In this document: piece by piece, positions 50,887 to 62,509 of the stretch
Numbering within the stretch: position 1 is the first letter of the stretch
How the letters are laid out: each line of letters opens with the position of its first letter
Origin: Thermodesulfobacteriota bacterium
GTDB lineage: Bacteria > Desulfobacterota > Desulfarculia > JACQYL01
NCBI GenBank assembly: GCA_963675595.2
Contig: CAXXLZ010000002.1
Location: forward strand, 2,624,001 to 2,688,000
DNA: 64,000 nucleotides
Direction: 5' to 3'
Notes under the pieces: model-generated
Told to the model about the DNA's origin: nothing
What the model saw: the letters and a program-made list of their open reading frames with translations, nothing else
Database searches by the model: none
Translations under genes and position numbers: made by a program

Positions 50887-51288
50887 CTATCCATTTCGAT
50901 CCCGTTCGGCTTCCCTCAAAGCCTCAAGCAAGACGTCCGGTTCCTTCACCTGGATTCGATTCATTAAGATTTCGGCCAAGTCTTGCTTTTTGAACCCATA
51001 TTTTTCCAGGGGTTCAAACGCACGTCGTAGATCACCGAGAATATCGTCCGCCATAGTCTCGGCGGCCTGCCACGCCCCGGAGTCCTTTAACGTCGCAACA
51101 TCATGAGCAAAAATATGGTGAATCATCGTCATCCGGTCCGCATTGAACGGAATATCGAATACCGACTTCCTGGCCTTGACCAAACGGACTTTCGGGTTGA
51201 TCACCCGGGTGCTTCCCAGAATGAGCATTCCGTCCTTCGCCTCAATGGGAACCTTCTCATTGGGGGCGAGCAACTTGATGTTCTCCAT
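50887..51288 (-). CDS. Hypothetical protein
   Basis: Protein-like composition from MENIKLLAP; GAGG upstream; no family recognised. Confidence 0.6.
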   Translation of the reverse strand: MENIKLLAPNEKVPIEAKDGMLILGSTRVINPKVRLVKARKSVFDIPFNADRMTMIHHIFAHDVATLKDSGAWQAAETMADDILGDLRRAFEPLEKYGFKKQDLAEILMNRIQVKEPDVLLEALREAERDRNG

Positions 51289-51757
51289 CAAGCGGGACCC
51301 TCGGGACCATCCTCCGCTCCTACAGCTGAATCTCTTCTCATTACGGGATATTATGTCTCTCTTTGAACCTCCAAACATCTTAACATTTTGATATTGAACA
51401 ACTATCTCTCTGGTAATCTATGCGGGACGGCAATGGACGCCCAGAAAGTCATAGGCCTCTGGATGGGAGGAAGAGGGCTGAAAATCCTGGAAAATGCTCG
51501 ATACTAGTATCGACTAGCAGACTCTTTGATCGTTAGGCTTGTTCTTGTAGTATTCATGCGGGATGTTTAGATTCACCTGCTCCGGTAGTCCCGGCGCTCG
51601 AAATCCGTGGTCGCCTTATCAAACAACCGCACCTTGCAAGTCCCCTGCCGAGTGTGAAAGAATCGGGACGGCAGCGGCTGATTCTCCCCATCCGGATGCC
51701 ATTCTTTCTCGCAGAGCAAGACAACCACAGGATCGATCCGCATCCAAACAATTGGTG

Positions 51758-52156
51758 ATGAGACGGAGCCGCACTATTGTGTTTGACGGGCTAAAACATT
51801 GGGCCGCGACCATGAAACGGGACGTTTTGGCCCTCTACCTGGCCGGCCGCGATCCCAGAGTTCCTTGCTACGCAAAAGTGTTGGCCGCTGCAACCGCGGC
51901 ATATGCGCTCAGCCCGATCGACCTGATTCCAGATTTCATTCCTATAATCGGCTACTTGGACGACTTGATCCTTATTCCTGCCGCTATCTGGCTGACTATA
52001 AAGTTGATCCCGAATGGTCTGATGGCGGAACTGCGGAATGAGGCGGCTCTCAGATTGGCGTCAAAACGCCCGCCCCATCTTTTGGCAGCAAGGGTAATCT
52101 TGGCGATGTGGTTCGGAATACTGCTTCTTGCCGTCTGGCTGCTATTGAGCGGGTGA
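51758..52156 (+). CDS. DUF1232 (YkvA) membrane protein
   Basis: AYALSPIDLIPDFIPIIGYLDDL. Confidence 0.88.
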   Translation: MRRSRTIVFDGLKHWAATMKRDVLALYLAGRDPRVPCYAKVLAAATAAYALSPIDLIPDFIPIIGYLDDLILIPAAIWLTIKLIPNGLMAELRNEAALRLASKRPPHLLAARVILAMWFGILLLAVWLLLSG

Positions 52157-52374
52157 CACCACATCAGCCGGCCCCCTAAGAGACACGGGCTTCGATTCGG
52201 GAAGCGGATTCTTGTTCGGCCGAACATGGCCTTTGAGCACGGAGGCCACTCCTCGAGCGACGCTAAGACGAGGGAGCCAGGGAGGGTCAAGAGCCGAGAG
52301 TGCGTGACGACCTCAACAAGCGGCTTCTTGCCCGGCTTGTCGTCTCTTGGTCCATGAAATCCACCTAGCCGCTC

Positions 52375-54765
52375 TCATGCCTGGTCCAGCACTTCCCGGA
52401 CGGCTTCCGCGACCTCACGAGCGGCGAAAGGCTTCATGAGCACGCGCCTGACCCCCAAGTCTTCGGTGCCGAAGGAGGAGATCTGATCACTGAACCCCGT
52501 ACAGATGATGATGGGAAGATCCGGACGAATGTTGAGAATCTCTCCGGTCAATTCAATGCCCGTCATTCCGGGCATGGTCTGGTCGGTGATGACGAGTTGA
52601 AATCGATCCGGGTCGGACTTGAAAACTTCCAAGGCCTCCAGGCTTGAGGTACGGCAGGTCACCTTATAGCCGAGGCGTTCCAGCAGCCGCTTCCCGATGT
52701 CGGCAACGGCCCTCTCGTCGTCCACGTAGAGAATATGCTCCGTGCCATGGGGAAGTGGCTGTTTCTCCACGAAATCCGGTACTTCCACCTTGGTTTCCAA
52801 TAACGGAAGATAGACCTGGAACGTCGAGCCTCGGCCAAGCTCACTTTGGGCGGCTACGGTTCCACCGTGCGCTTTCACAATGCCGTGCACCACCGCCAGC
52901 CCCATGCCCGTGCCTTCACCCGTCTTTTTGGTGGTGTAAAAAGGTTCGAACACCCGATCCAAAGTATCGCGGGTCATGCCTTCCCCGGTATCCACCACGC
53001 TGATGCGAATATAGTCGCCGGGGATTAATTCGGCGTAGTCGGCTATGGATTCCTCGCTCAAGTCGACGCGGTCGAGAATCAGCTTCAGTTTCCCTCCCCG
53101 GTTCCGCATGGCATGGGCGGCATTGGTACAGAGGTTCATCAACAACTGCTGAAGTTGCGTTGCGTCGGCCAAAACCACGCCGTCCTTCCCGTCCACGTCG
53201 CACTGGATATCGATGGTGGAAGGCAGAGTCGCCCGTAACAGATTCAAAGTCTCCATAAGAATGGGAACGACCTGAAGGGGTTCTCTTTCCGGATCGGACT
53301 TTCGACTGAAACTAAGGATTTGCTGCACCAGGTGTTTTGCTCGAAACCCCGATTTCAGAACCTCCTCCATTTGCGGTCTCGCTGGAAAGCCTTCGGGAAG
53401 GTCCAGAAGGGCAAGCTCGGTGTAGCCCAAAATGGCCGCCAGAATGTTATTGAAATCATGCGCGATTCCCCCGGCCAGCGTTCCAAGTGCTTCCATTTTT
53501 TGGGCGTGGCGGAGCTGATTCTCCAGTTTCACCCTCGCTTCCTCGGCCCTTTTCCGTTCGGTGATGTCCTCATAGATGATGAACTGGTCAAGGTTCTGCA
53601 TGGCGACCGGTCTGAAATGGATCTCCTTGCGTGAGCCGTCCTTGCATGCCACGGTATAGACACGGGGCCTTGCCTGCCCGATTCCCGCTTGCTTCAAATC
53701 CTCCATCCATGTCCTGAGCACTTTGTTTCGGTAATCCTCATCCGGATATGCCTTTTCAAACCATGCCTTCCCCGTGGGGACATCTTCGATGGAATAACCG
53801 AACATCTTTTCGAACTGTGGATTAATGTATTTGTAACGGCCGTCCTTCCCGATGAGGGATATGGCCAAGGGGGACTCCTCGACGAGCGTTCGGTATCTTT
53901 CCTCGCTCTCCCGCAGAGCGGTTTCGGCCTTCACACGGTCGGTTATGTCGTGAAAGATCACGATACCGGCCTGAATTTCCCCTTCATCATCGGTGATGGG
54001 AGCCGCGTTGGCCGATACCCAGTGTTCTTCTCCGGAATCGTTTCGAATGATCACTTCAACGTCTCTCGAGGTCTCACCTTTGAGCACGGCCCTGGTGAGC
54101 GGCAACTCCTCCGGTTCGTAAGGTGTACCGTCCGGATGAAGCGTCCGCCACAGGGCGAAACGCTTCATCATGTCGGTATTTGTCAGATTCTCTCGTCTTC
54201 CCCCGCGTATGTCGTAGACCGCCGGGTTGGCGAGACGTATACGGACACCGGGAGCGTCGGCGATGAGAATGGCCGCAGGGGACTGGTTGATGGCGGCCTC
54301 CAACATGGCGCGAGTCCGTCGAAGCTCGTTTTCATAGGCCTCTCGCTCGCCGAGATCGCGCATAACGGCGGTGTAACCGAATGTTCGGCCGTCGGGCGAT
54401 TTTTGAGCCGACATCACGATCTCCATCAAATGCGAAGCCCCGTTTGCGTCAACGCACTTCAATTCCCCACGCCAAACGCCGTGCTTTTCGATGACGGGAT
54501 AGACTTCCCGCCCAAACCTTTCAAAGGCCTCTTCGCTCGGGTGAAGCATACGAACCGAACGGCCGAGCACCTCTCGATCTTCGTAACCGAAGACCCCGAA
54601 AAAAGCCGGGTTCACCGAACGGATGATGCGATCGCGATCCACTGTAAGAATGATGTCGGGAGCACTTTGAACCGGCACCCGATAACGGTCTTCATCGGAG
54701 CAGTCCTTGGAGTTGATTGCCCGGCCCTCGGACGGAAGGAGGTGTTGTTGCTTCTTTGGGTCCAT
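52375..54765 (-). CDS. Hybrid sensor histidine kinase (3 PAS, HisKA/HATPase, REC)
   Basis: [10 protein letters not shown]-box, NLCTNA, DTGEG, PFYTTK..G.GTGMGL, YVDDE...TDQTMP...KP; start uncertain (ORF track 54957). Confidence 0.92.
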   Translation of the reverse strand: MDPKKQQHLLPSEGRAINSKDCSDEDRYRVPVQSAPDIILTVDRDRIIRSVNPAFFGVFGYEDREVLGRSVRMLHPSEEAFERFGREVYPVIEKHGVWRGELKCVDANGASHLMEIVMSAQKSPDGRTFGYTAVMRDLGEREAYENELRRTRAMLEAAINQSPAAILIADAPGVRIRLANPAVYDIRGGRRENLTNTDMMKRFALWRTLHPDGTPYEPEELPLTRAVLKGETSRDVEVIIRNDSGEEHWVSANAAPITDDEGEIQAGIVIFHDITDRVKAETALRESEERYRTLVEESPLAISLIGKDGRYKYINPQFEKMFGYSIEDVPTGKAWFEKAYPDEDYRNKVLRTWMEDLKQAGIGQARPRVYTVACKDGSRKEIHFRPVAMQNLDQFIIYEDITERKRAEEARVKLENQLRHAQKMEALGTLAGGIAHDFNNILAAILGYTELALLDLPEGFPARPQMEEVLKSGFRAKHLVQQILSFSRKSDPEREPLQVVPILMETLNLLRATLPSTIDIQCDVDGKDGVVLADATQLQQLLMNLCTNAAHAMRNRGGKLKLILDRVDLSEESIADYAELIPGDYIRISVVDTGEGMTRDTLDRVFEPFYTTKKTGEGTGMGLAVVHGIVKAHGGTVAAQSELGRGSTFQVYLPLLETKVEVPDFVEKQPLPHGTEHILYVDDERAVADIGKRLLERLGYKVTCRTSSLEALEVFKSDPDRFQLVITDQTMPGMTGIELTGEILNIRPDLPIIICTGFSDQISSFGTEDLGVRRVLMKPFAAREVAEAVREVLDQA

Positions 54766-55346
54766 CGCTCGACTACTCCCGGTTGCTTTTACATCCGTTT
54801 CAACGGCCCTAACCGTCGATCCCCTCCGCCGCGAAGCGGAAGAACCCGGGGCGAGACTTATTCTCTTCGCGCGGAGGGAGGCCTCGTCAGGCCGGAGGAG
54901 CAATCTTAAGTATTCTACAGCCTTCGCCGGGGCTCCGCAAGGAGCAGGGAACCACACGAAAAAGGCGAAACGCCTTTCAAGATCGAAGTATCTTCACCGT
55001 GGTATTTCGAACCGGATCCGGTCTGTTTGAAAAGGTTTGCGGAACATCGTAAGCAGCCCGGCCTCATTCTTCTTCGGGCGCTTTCGGGCCGTCCTCAATC
55101 GACGGTCTCAAGTGCGCATGCCGTCCAAGAAAGATTGAGATGAGCGAGAGGGAAAGGTATGATTGGGGCAACGGGAAGAAGCTCCCGAACAGGCCTGGAT
55201 ACGGAGTCGGCGGGACTCCGGGCGGCAGCGTCTCCGTTTGGGATCATCGCCGCGGAATTCGGGATCAATAAGAGAGGGGCGAGATATTCCGCCCGCTCCA
55301 ACCCCCAACGGCACCCGTCCAAACAAGAAGAAAGGAGTCTCGCTCC

Positions 55347-56600
55347 ATGAGAAAAGTCCTCCCATTGCTTCCAGCCGTATTCATCCTGCTCATGTTCGCC
55401 GTCTCGGCCCAGGCCGACGACGACTGCGTTGCCTGTCACACCAAGCATAACCCTCAAATCGTTCAGGACTGGAAGAATTCCAAACATGCGGGGGAGGACG
55501 TGGCATGTGCCGCCTGCCACGGCGACGAACACAAGTCCGACCTGGATTTCGGCAAGGCCCGGTTCGCCTCGCCCGACACGTGCGCCGAGTGTCATGCCGA
55601 GACCGTGGCCCAGTACAGGCGCGGAAAACATTCCAAAGCATGGGCCGCCATGAACGCCATGCCCACCACCCACTTTCAGCCCATGGTCCTGCTCCAGGGC
55701 ATGGAGGGCTGCTCCGGCTGCCACTCCATCGGCATTCAGGACGAAAACACAGCCGAAGCCCTCAAGGCGCAGGGGATTCGCTACGGCGTGTCGGCCTGCG
55801 ACGCCTGCCATACGCGGCACTTGTTCTCAGCGGAGGAAGCCTCGCAACCCCAGGCCTGCCAAAGCTGTCATATGGGAATGGACCACCCTCAGTGGGAAAT
55901 GTATTCCTCCTCCAAGCACGGCACCCGTTTTCTCATGAAACAGAACGGCCTGCTTCCACAAACGGCGGCGGCTCCCACCTGTCAGACCTGTCACATGCCC
56001 GGCGGAGACCATGAAAACATCACCGGATGGGGCTTCCTGGCCGTGCGCCTGCCCATGCCCGAGGACAATGATTGGGCTGAAGACCGCACCACCGTGCTCA
56101 AAGGTTTGGGCGTGCTGTCGCCTACGGGTGAACCCACCGGACGCCTGGAAGCGGTCAAAGCCGCCGATGTGGCACGGCTTTCCGAGGAAGCCTTCCGGAA
56201 GCAGCGGGACAAGATGATCGCCGTCTGCTCCAATTGCCACAGCGAAGCTTTCGCCAAGGAGGAATTGCGGAAAGGCGATCGCATGGTTCGTGAAGCGGAC
56301 AAACTCATGGCACACTCCATCAAGACCGTGGCCGCCCTCTACCAAGACGGCCTGCTGAGAAAGCCCGAGAGCTATGCCTTTGCCTACCCGGACCTGCTCA
56401 CTTTTCAGGACGCGCCCACCGAACTTGAAATCAAGCTCTTTCTCATGTTTCTCAAACACCGCATGAGAACGTTCCAGGGTTCCTTCCACCAGAACCCGGA
56501 TTATACCTTCTGGTACGGCTGGAGTGAGATGGTACGCGACGTCACCGGCATCGATGAGGCGGCAGCCGAGCTTCGGTCCAAAGCCAAGCCCGAAGAATAG
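55347..56600 (+). CDS. Periplasmic octaheme cytochrome c, HAO-like family
   Basis: Signal peptide ending AQA; eight CxxCH motifs; ACDACHTRH.FS..EA, CHMG.DHPQWEMY..SKHG, APTCQTCHM. Confidence 0.88.
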   Translation: MRKVLPLLPAVFILLMFAVSAQADDDCVACHTKHNPQIVQDWKNSKHAGEDVACAACHGDEHKSDLDFGKARFASPDTCAECHAETVAQYRRGKHSKAWAAMNAMPTTHFQPMVLLQGMEGCSGCHSIGIQDENTAEALKAQGIRYGVSACDACHTRHLFSAEEASQPQACQSCHMGMDHPQWEMYSSSKHGTRFLMKQNGLLPQTAAAPTCQTCHMPGGDHENITGWGFLAVRLPMPEDNDWAEDRTTVLKGLGVLSPTGEPTGRLEAVKAADVARLSEEAFRKQRDKMIAVCSNCHSEAFAKEELRKGDRMVREADKLMAHSIKTVAALYQDGLLRKPESYAFAYPDLLTFQDAPTELEIKLFLMFLKHRMRTFQGSFHQNPDYTFWYGWSEMVRDVTGIDEAAAELRSKAKPEE

Positions 56601-57152
56601 TCGTTCACCCGCGCAGGAAAGTCTTCTCGAAGACTTTCCTGCGCGCTTCTTGTTCAAGATACCGAACCCCGCGTCGCCGCCGAAGGCGATGCGTAACACG
56701 TGGGCCGCTTCAAAAAGGGGGACAGGGAGAAGATTCTCAAGAGGGTGTCCCTGCGAGGGACAACCTCGCGGCCCAACAGGATCACTCGAAAACGACCCGG
56801 TTCCGTCCATCCCGTTTGGCCCGATACATGGCTTGGTCAGCCGCTTTGACCACGTCCTCCACGCTATCCGACTCCGACGAGAAAATCGCGCCGCCGACGC
56901 TCACCGTGATCTTCACAGCCTCCAAGCTACACGGCAGCTCGATCCGCTCCGATTCGACGCCTCGGCGAATCCGTTCCGCCAGGACCTCGGCCTCTTCTTT
57001 CGTCGTCTCGGGCAACAGCACCAGGAATTCCTCCCCACCGTAACGGCCGAAGACATCGTCGGAGCGGATCATCTTTTTGGTGAGGTCCGCGAATGCCTTC
57101 AGAACCGCATCTCCGGCATCGTGGCCATACCGGTCGTTGATCTGTTTGAATT

Positions 57153-58430
57153 CACTACTGTCCGGTTATAACTAGTTGAAATTAAGGATTAATTGTTGCT
57201 GATGTGAAGATGTTTGTTTTAGCGTTCCTGGATCAAATAAGCACCATATGTCTCGCCGGTTGAAGAGGTTCAATTGGAGTAGACGGAGTATTTGAGAGAG
57301 ACTGTTCCCCAAGCGAGCCAGGAACTTGTAGTAGGCCAGCAGAAGCATGGTGATCAGGGCGATCCAGAGCTGAGTGAGTACGGCGTTTTTAGTAGTCCCG
57401 AAGAAGGTTTTGACCTTAAGGTTCTGTTTGATCCACTTGAAAAACAGTTCGATCTGCCAGCGCTCCCGGTAGATATCTGCGATGGTTTTGGATGAAAGCC
57501 GAAAGATATTGGTTAGATAGACATAATGTTTTTTCGTTTCAAGATCCCGATATCCCACCCGTCGTAGTGGGATGGGGCACTCTTTAGCCTTCGTGCCGGT
57601 AAGGATGATAGTCTGATCCGAGGTTACTCCTTTGGATTTGAGGACCCTATGACGTTTTACGACCTGGTACTTGATGTTCTTTTTCATCCGAGTCACGAAG
57701 GAGATGTTGTTCTCGTTGAGATCCCGAAACCAAGCGAAATCAACGTATGCGCGATCCATGGCCACGATGGAGCCCGAAGGCAGCCGAAGCAACTTGGCTA
57801 CGGTGAGGTCCGCTTTCTTGGCCTCGGAGACTTGTACGAAAGCGGGAATGTACCCATCGTGGTCCAAGAGCGTATGTAGTTTGATGCCGCCCTTGGTGGT
57901 CCGAAACTTGGCCCAATCAAACAGCGACAGGCATAAATCCACCACCGATGCGTCCAGGGAGTACAGCTTGTTCTTGAAGCGAAATCGCTTCCTCGGGGCT
58001 ACGGACGCGCACTTTTTGTACTGATGATGGAAAACGGCTTCGAAAAATCCGGCGTCACGGCTGCTGTTCGCGTCCGCGAGAGTGGAACGCTTCACCGTAC
58101 GCGCACCCAAATGATAAAGCCTTCTCGACTGAAACCTGAATTGATTCACGATATCCCGAAGGCCACATCTTGTGGTGATTTGAGCAAACATCATCACAAC
58201 AAACTGTTCCCAGCGGTCAAGCGTTCGATACTTTCGTATAGGCCGATAACCTTGGTTCTCAATGCGTCGAAAATCATGTCTATCAACCAGTTGAAGCAGC
58301 TGACCGAATATAGTATTAACATGTGCCATGGCCTGATTCTCCTTTCGCTTCAATTAGTTACAGGCAAAACTAATATAGCACGAAAGGGCTGTTTCAGGCC
58401 TATTTTTGTTCGCTTAACCGGACAGTTGTG
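57153..58430 (-). mobile_element. Complete IS4-family element, 1278 bp
   Basis: IRs CACTACTGTCCGGTTA / CACAACTGTCCGGTTA (15/16); 9-bp duplication GTTTGAATT at 57144-57152 and 58431-58439. Confidence 0.93.
57172..58329 (-). CDS. IS4-family transposase (DUF4372-like N-terminus)
   Basis: RSTLADAN, LDASV, MDRAY, YRERWQIELFFKWIKQNL. Confidence 0.92.
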   Translation of the reverse strand: MAHVNTIFGQLLQLVDRHDFRRIENQGYRPIRKYRTLDRWEQFVVMMFAQITTRCGLRDIVNQFRFQSRRLYHLGARTVKRSTLADANSSRDAGFFEAVFHHQYKKCASVAPRKRFRFKNKLYSLDASVVDLCLSLFDWAKFRTTKGGIKLHTLLDHDGYIPAFVQVSEAKKADLTVAKLLRLPSGSIVAMDRAYVDFAWFRDLNENNISFVTRMKKNIKYQVVKRHRVLKSKGVTSDQTIILTGTKAKECPIPLRRVGYRDLETKKHYVYLTNIFRLSSKTIADIYRERWQIELFFKWIKQNLKVKTFFGTTKNAVLTQLWIALITMLLLAYYKFLARLGNSLSQILRLLQLNLFNRRDIWCLFDPGTLKQTSSHQQQLILNFN

Positions 58431-60437
58431 GTTTGAATTTGTCCAAATCAATCATCAACACGGCGAAACAAGGCGGCTGATATTCCGGTTGCAGCTTTCG
58501 CATTTTGTCGATGCGGCGATCGAGGGCGCGCCGGTTATAGATTCCGGTAAGTTCGTCGAACAGCGACTGGCCGACGATTCGTTTTCGTTCTTTCGTCATC
58601 CAGAGGCTTCCGCCGATGCCCAACAACAGACCTAACAAAATGGAGCCTGACGTCAAGGCAAGACCGCGGAATTTAAGCACTTCAATTCGGTGGTATTCTG
58701 CCTGTATTTCCTGCTCCAGGCCGTTCACCAGTCGGCCCAATTGCCCCATAATGAGAGCCACATTGTAATCGAAGTCTTCCATGGTATGCGCCGAGTCCTT
58801 ATTGACGACGCCGGGTTTCCCGTGGACAAAAAGCTGATCCCCTCGGATACGAGAGCCGTCCCACTGTTCTTTGATGGCGACCAGCTCTCGGCGCTTCGAC
58901 TCCAAACGCACTTGTTGAAAAGCCGAATCAAGCGCCCTATCTACTCTGGCTTTCATCGTCTTCCAGTTTTCAGCTTCTTGTTCGGAACCGTGAATCAGAT
59001 AGTCATGCGGGGCCATCACCGCGTCCCAAATCGAGCTTTGCAGGAGCCGAACCGGTTTAATCTCATCGATGGACTTCTCCACGATGTTCTCCAGGCTGCT
59101 CACTACCGGACGATAGGACGTAAGGTAAACGAACAGCATGAAGGAGATGATTGGAGAGAGGGTGGCTGCAATGATGAAAAGATATTTCTTTCTCTGCAGA
59201 TGCTTCAGACTACCCTTGGAGTCCATACAACGCTCCGTTTCGGCCGGCGGTTGCCTATATTGGTTTTTTCGAATGCTTTTCCGGATATTGCACCGCTGTT
59301 TTCAAAAAAATTAACCACAAGAACGTTCCTTGTCATCAATCCGGAGGCACGCCCACCAGACGATGGTGGAGGATGGTGGAGGATGGTGAAGATCGATTTC
59401 GGAACGGCGGGGTCGCCGGCCCTGTCCAAGAGATCCGAACGGCCCCGCTTCAAATTCGGAAGGCGCCCGATGGTCGTTTGCGTTCCGGCCCTATCGCTTT
59501 CAAATGACGGGGAACCTACCCCGTCGCACGATAGTGACGCCTGCAAGGTTCTGATGCACTCTGAGGAAAACACCGGAAAGACTTATCGATCCTGTGCGAG
59601 CCTTCTGATCGGCTCAAGGTGTCTTTGAATTCAAAACGGCGACACTATCGATATGAAGAGTGTTTCTTGCTTTCATGCGGAGTTGCCGGTTGCATTGCGA
59701 TAAACGTTTTGGTATGAGTTTTTTGATATGTTCGCAATCCGAACGGCCGAGACGACCCTTGGAGGTGTCATTGTTTTGCTCTGGGCCCGGTTGACTTTCG
59801 GATTGTTGATGCCGGCCTTCCTTCCGAAAAAGTCTATTGACCGAGATAAGGTCGGAAACGCCGGCGGACATATTGTCGAAATCCGATAAAATAAATACAA
59901 TACCGCTCTTGTGAATCAACTATCAGGCCCTAACGGCAGGAATTGGGCGACCACCGCAAGAGCCGCATCACTGTCGCAGGACAAGATCGTTCCGGAGAAT
60001 CCGGCGGGCTGTGGGCGGACCGAACATCCGTCAAGATACAGACCGAATACATATACGACGAAGCCCCTTACCCGGGAGGCTTATTGTTCTGCCCGCATCC
60101 TTTCTTTCCGCTGAACCGATTCGCGTCTTTTCTTCTTTCTCGCTCGGCGCACATCCGGGGAGGGAGTGCTTTGCTTATGCCCGCCCCTCCCGCACCGACG
60201 TCCGCCGAGGCCGTTACCCGTACCTGCAACCGACACCTGCTGAATGATCCGTGTGGATCGTACGATAAACGGGGTGATGCACCCCGACAGCCGTCGATAG
60301 CCGAATGTTTCGTACGTCGTCTCGACACGCAGGAATGAAGTTCAAGCAGCGTACCCCCTCCCGGACTTCAACCCGGGGGCACGGCAGCAAAGGTCGGATA
60401 ACCACTTATCACACAAAGAAAGGAGAAAAGACCCCAA

Positions 60438-61175
60438 ATGAAACTGATCGTGATACTCTGGATCGTGTGTGGAATTGTGGGGGCGATCGCGGCAAGGGCG
60501 AATGGCAAAAAGGGATTCGGCTGGTTTCTTCTGGGAGTCATCCTCGGGCCCTTGAGTTTTATTGTTGCCGCATCGGCTTCCAAGGGGGCGCCTGAACCGG
60601 AAACGGCGGCAGGCGAGTCCGAGGCGCCGGCCGTACCGGAAGAACCTCCCGTCCGGGCTGAAGCCCTTGAATTTCAAGAGGAGTCCGCCCCGCAGGCCGA
60701 GCCCGTTGCAGTTCAGGAAGAAACCGAGGTCCCGGTCGAAGCCCCCGCCGTGCAAGAGGCTTCTTCCGCGGCGGCCGAAACCGTGGCCAAGTGTCCACGA
60801 TGCGCCCAGCCCCTCGCTCCGGACACGGACAACTGCCGATACTGCGGGTCGGAACTAGGTAACATTGCCCGGTCGGCGGAGTCCCTCACTTCACAGGTGG
60901 AGGGCGTCGCGGTTCAAGTCGACACCGTCGTCGTTCAGGAGGAAGTATCCACTCCCGCCCAAGCCATGACCAAGTGTCCTCGATGCGCCCAACTGGTCCC
61001 TGCGGACGCAGGCGACTGCCGATACTGCGGGTCGGAAGTGGGCATGGTCGCCCGAGAAAAGGAGACCGCCGACGAGAACCCTGCCAAGACCAAGTGTCCT
61101 CGATGCGCCGAGTGGGCTGAAGCGGCGGCGGCCACATGCCGTTATTGCGGAGTGGCGCTGGGCAATCCGGCCTAG
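60438..61175 (+). CDS. Membrane-anchored protein with acidic linker and three zinc-ribbon repeats
   Basis: AAGGAG RBS; TM hairpin; three KCPRCA-x8-CRYCG units. Confidence 0.8.
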   Translation: MKLIVILWIVCGIVGAIAARANGKKGFGWFLLGVILGPLSFIVAASASKGAPEPETAAGESEAPAVPEEPPVRAEALEFQEESAPQAEPVAVQEETEVPVEAPAVQEASSAAAETVAKCPRCAQPLAPDTDNCRYCGSELGNIARSAESLTSQVEGVAVQVDTVVVQEEVSTPAQAMTKCPRCAQLVPADAGDCRYCGSEVGMVAREKETADENPAKTKCPRCAEWAEAAAATCRYCGVALGNPA

Positions 61176-61371
61176 TCCGGAGCGAATCAGTAGATAGAGG
61201 GCACCCGTGCGGCCTCGAAATACGAGGCCGCGCAGCCCTTCAACCCGTTAAACCGAGAAGCTTGTGCCACTCCCCCAAACGGCTTCCTTCGCGAAGCTCC
61301 TTGCCGCCTTCGAGTCCCTGAGGCTTCCAGCGTCAGACACCCCGGAATGCGCCGGACTCATTGAGAAGGGG

Positions 61372-62085
61372 TCACACCCCTCCGAAGGAAAGGGAAACCG
61401 GAACACTGACCTCGCCTTGGCCGTGCAAAGTCGCCGTCAGTGTTCCCGAGTTGGTACCGTCCAGTGCCAATGAAAGCCGATACCCGCGTCCATCCACATC
61501 ATCCTTCGCACTGATGCCGTCTTCATAGTCCGTGTCAAGAAACGCCGTGTATGCCGTGTCTCCCATGGTGACCACGATCACGACGGACCCTGTGTCATAC
61601 TTCTGCACGTACATGGACAAGAGCCCATCGTCGGATTTCCAGATCCCGCTGTCCGGAATGAGAGTCGAGGGGGCGAGCGGTGTGATGTCCTCTGAATAGG
61701 TATCAAGGTAGGTCGCGGTAAACGGTATCGAATAGTCGACCCAGTCCTCGGAAGCCTCGGGCTGAGGCACTCTGAACGTCTGGGCCGAATAGAGGGTTTC
61801 ATTGTCGAACGTCGTCCCGTCGGAAGCCTCGAACACGGCATGGGAATAATCCGTTCCGCCCTGAGAGAAATCCCATGCGGAACTTGAGAGGACAAAATAG
61901 GAGTCCAGCGGGGTTATGTGAATATAGAATTCTTCGTTCTGCGCCCATAAAGAGAAGCTCACCGACCCTCCTTCGAACTTCGAGAAGACCGTCAAACTCG
62001 CGGCCCCCTCCGGCACTGGAGGAAAGGCGGCGACAGGCGGGACGGCAAAAAACAGAACGACCAGTACGGGCAAAAGCTTCTTCAT
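61372..62085 (-). CDS. Secreted hypothetical protein
   Basis: GGAGG RBS, MKK-type signal peptide, acidic beta-rich mature region. Confidence 0.75.
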   Translation of the reverse strand: MKKLLPVLVVLFFAVPPVAAFPPVPEGAASLTVFSKFEGGSVSFSLWAQNEEFYIHITPLDSYFVLSSSAWDFSQGGTDYSHAVFEASDGTTFDNETLYSAQTFRVPQPEASEDWVDYSIPFTATYLDTYSEDITPLAPSTLIPDSGIWKSDDGLLSMYVQKYDTGSVVIVVTMGDTAYTAFLDTDYEDGISAKDDVDGRGYRLSLALDGTNSGTLTATLHGQGEVSVPVSLSFGGV

Positions 62086-62509
62086 GGCTTCCTCCGTGCG
62101 GTATCGGCGGATCGGGCGCTCAAGCGCCGTCGCCGAATTGGAATGTGTCCGTTGATCCTGCGCGTTTGAAGAAGGGATTGGGCGGCTTCACATTTCATCG
62201 GCTCGATAGTGCGGCACGGCGAACATAGCCGCATTGCCTCACAAGAATATTGTAGTCAAAATGACCTATTGAAACAACGAGGGGATTTCCGCTCATCCCT
62301 GACGGATTTCATGAACGAAAGGCAATCCGCTCTCCGTCCCGCAAGGAAGTCCGATGCCGGGCGCAGCATACGGCACGTTTCCTTCGATCGAACCGTTGAA
62401 ACACCGCAGAACCCGGGTTTCGGCCGGGGCGAAGCCTTCCAGCCGGCACATTCTCAGGTTGGGGGTGGACAATGGGCCAATGGCATTGTAATAGGGAGGT
62501 CCCTGGTGT

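Larger units (their letters stand above)
56782..59226 (-). pseudogene. Membrane-bound diguanylate cyclase split by an IS4 element
   Basis: 5' part: two TM helices, DELTGIYNRR...MIDLDKFK; 3' part: QINDRYGHDAGD...RSDD.FGRYGGEEF...ADQAMY.AK..GRN. Confidence 0.92.

Noticed and set aside
62340-62380. Group II intron domain V (GCCGTATGC on the minus strand)
   Set aside because: Lacks the GNRA loop, AC bulge and 3' strand of a canonical domain V.
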